A stretch of DNA of 18,381 nt, from positions 1-18,381 of the forward strand of contig JBJKYD010000018.1 in the NCBI GenBank assembly GCA_045561295.1. Reading direction: 5' to 3'. The notes beneath the pieces are model-generated. The model was not told the DNA's origin. It ran no database searches and saw only the letters and a program-made list of their open reading frames with translations. Origin of the DNA: Gammaproteobacteria bacterium (GTDB lineage: Bacteria; Pseudomonadota; Gammaproteobacteria; GCA-002705445; GCA-002716945). The translations under genes were made by a program, and so were the position numbers. Shown here piece after piece: positions 18,182 through 18,381 of the stretch. Positions within the stretch are counted from its first letter, which is position 1. Every line of letters begins with the position of its first letter.

Positions 18182-18381
18182 ATTTCCTTTCGAAATTACG
18201 AATGCTTTATTCTTGAGCGATAAAATGAAAAAACGATTATACCAATCGCCCAGAACATATCTGAATACATATTCATGATTTAGGCTATGTTTATGGATAT
18301 TGGGTCTATGGGTGTGACCATGTATTATAATATCGGGCTTATGTGACTCTATCAGCGTATCAACTTCATTGACATTTACAT
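18173..18381 (-). CDS. lpxH: UDP-2,3-diacylglucosamine hydrolase, 3' part only (not in the ORF track)
   Basis: The minus strand reads VNVNEVDTLIESHKPDIIIHGHTHRPNIHKHSLNHEYVFRYVLGDWYNRFFILSLKNKAFVISKGNLK*. IHGHTHRP and R-x-VLGDW are LpxH C-terminal motifs. Confidence 0.88.
   Translation of the reverse strand, partial: VNVNEVDTLIESHKPDIIIHGHTHRPNIHKHSLNHEYVFRYVLGDWYNRFFILSLKNKAFVISKGNLK

Overview
Very AT-rich, tightly packed segment with gammaproteobacterial gene order, consistent with a streamlined, possibly marine, lineage (inference). From left to right: a 5'-truncated MFS transporter; tRNA-Ser(GGA); a ~1.03 kb single-gene cassette (SAM methyltransferase) bounded by a direct repeat of the tRNA 3' end, with no integrase; an accessory run (hypothetical, ugd, 2Fe-2S ferredoxin, ChrR-like cupin) translationally coupled into dnaX-ybaB-recR; phhB, an M48 peptidase and orn; nadB divergent from rpoE-rseA-mucD/degP-lepA-lepB-rnc-era-recO; and the 3' end of lpxH on the minus strand. 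The most notable signals are the integrase-less tRNA-anchored mini-cassette with arm-site-like repeats, an A10 tract in the dnaX linker that gives a gamma-sized product on either slip, and a miniaturised RseA without rseB/rseC. The rnc, era and recO frameshifts after ~16150 are most likely sequencing or assembly indels.
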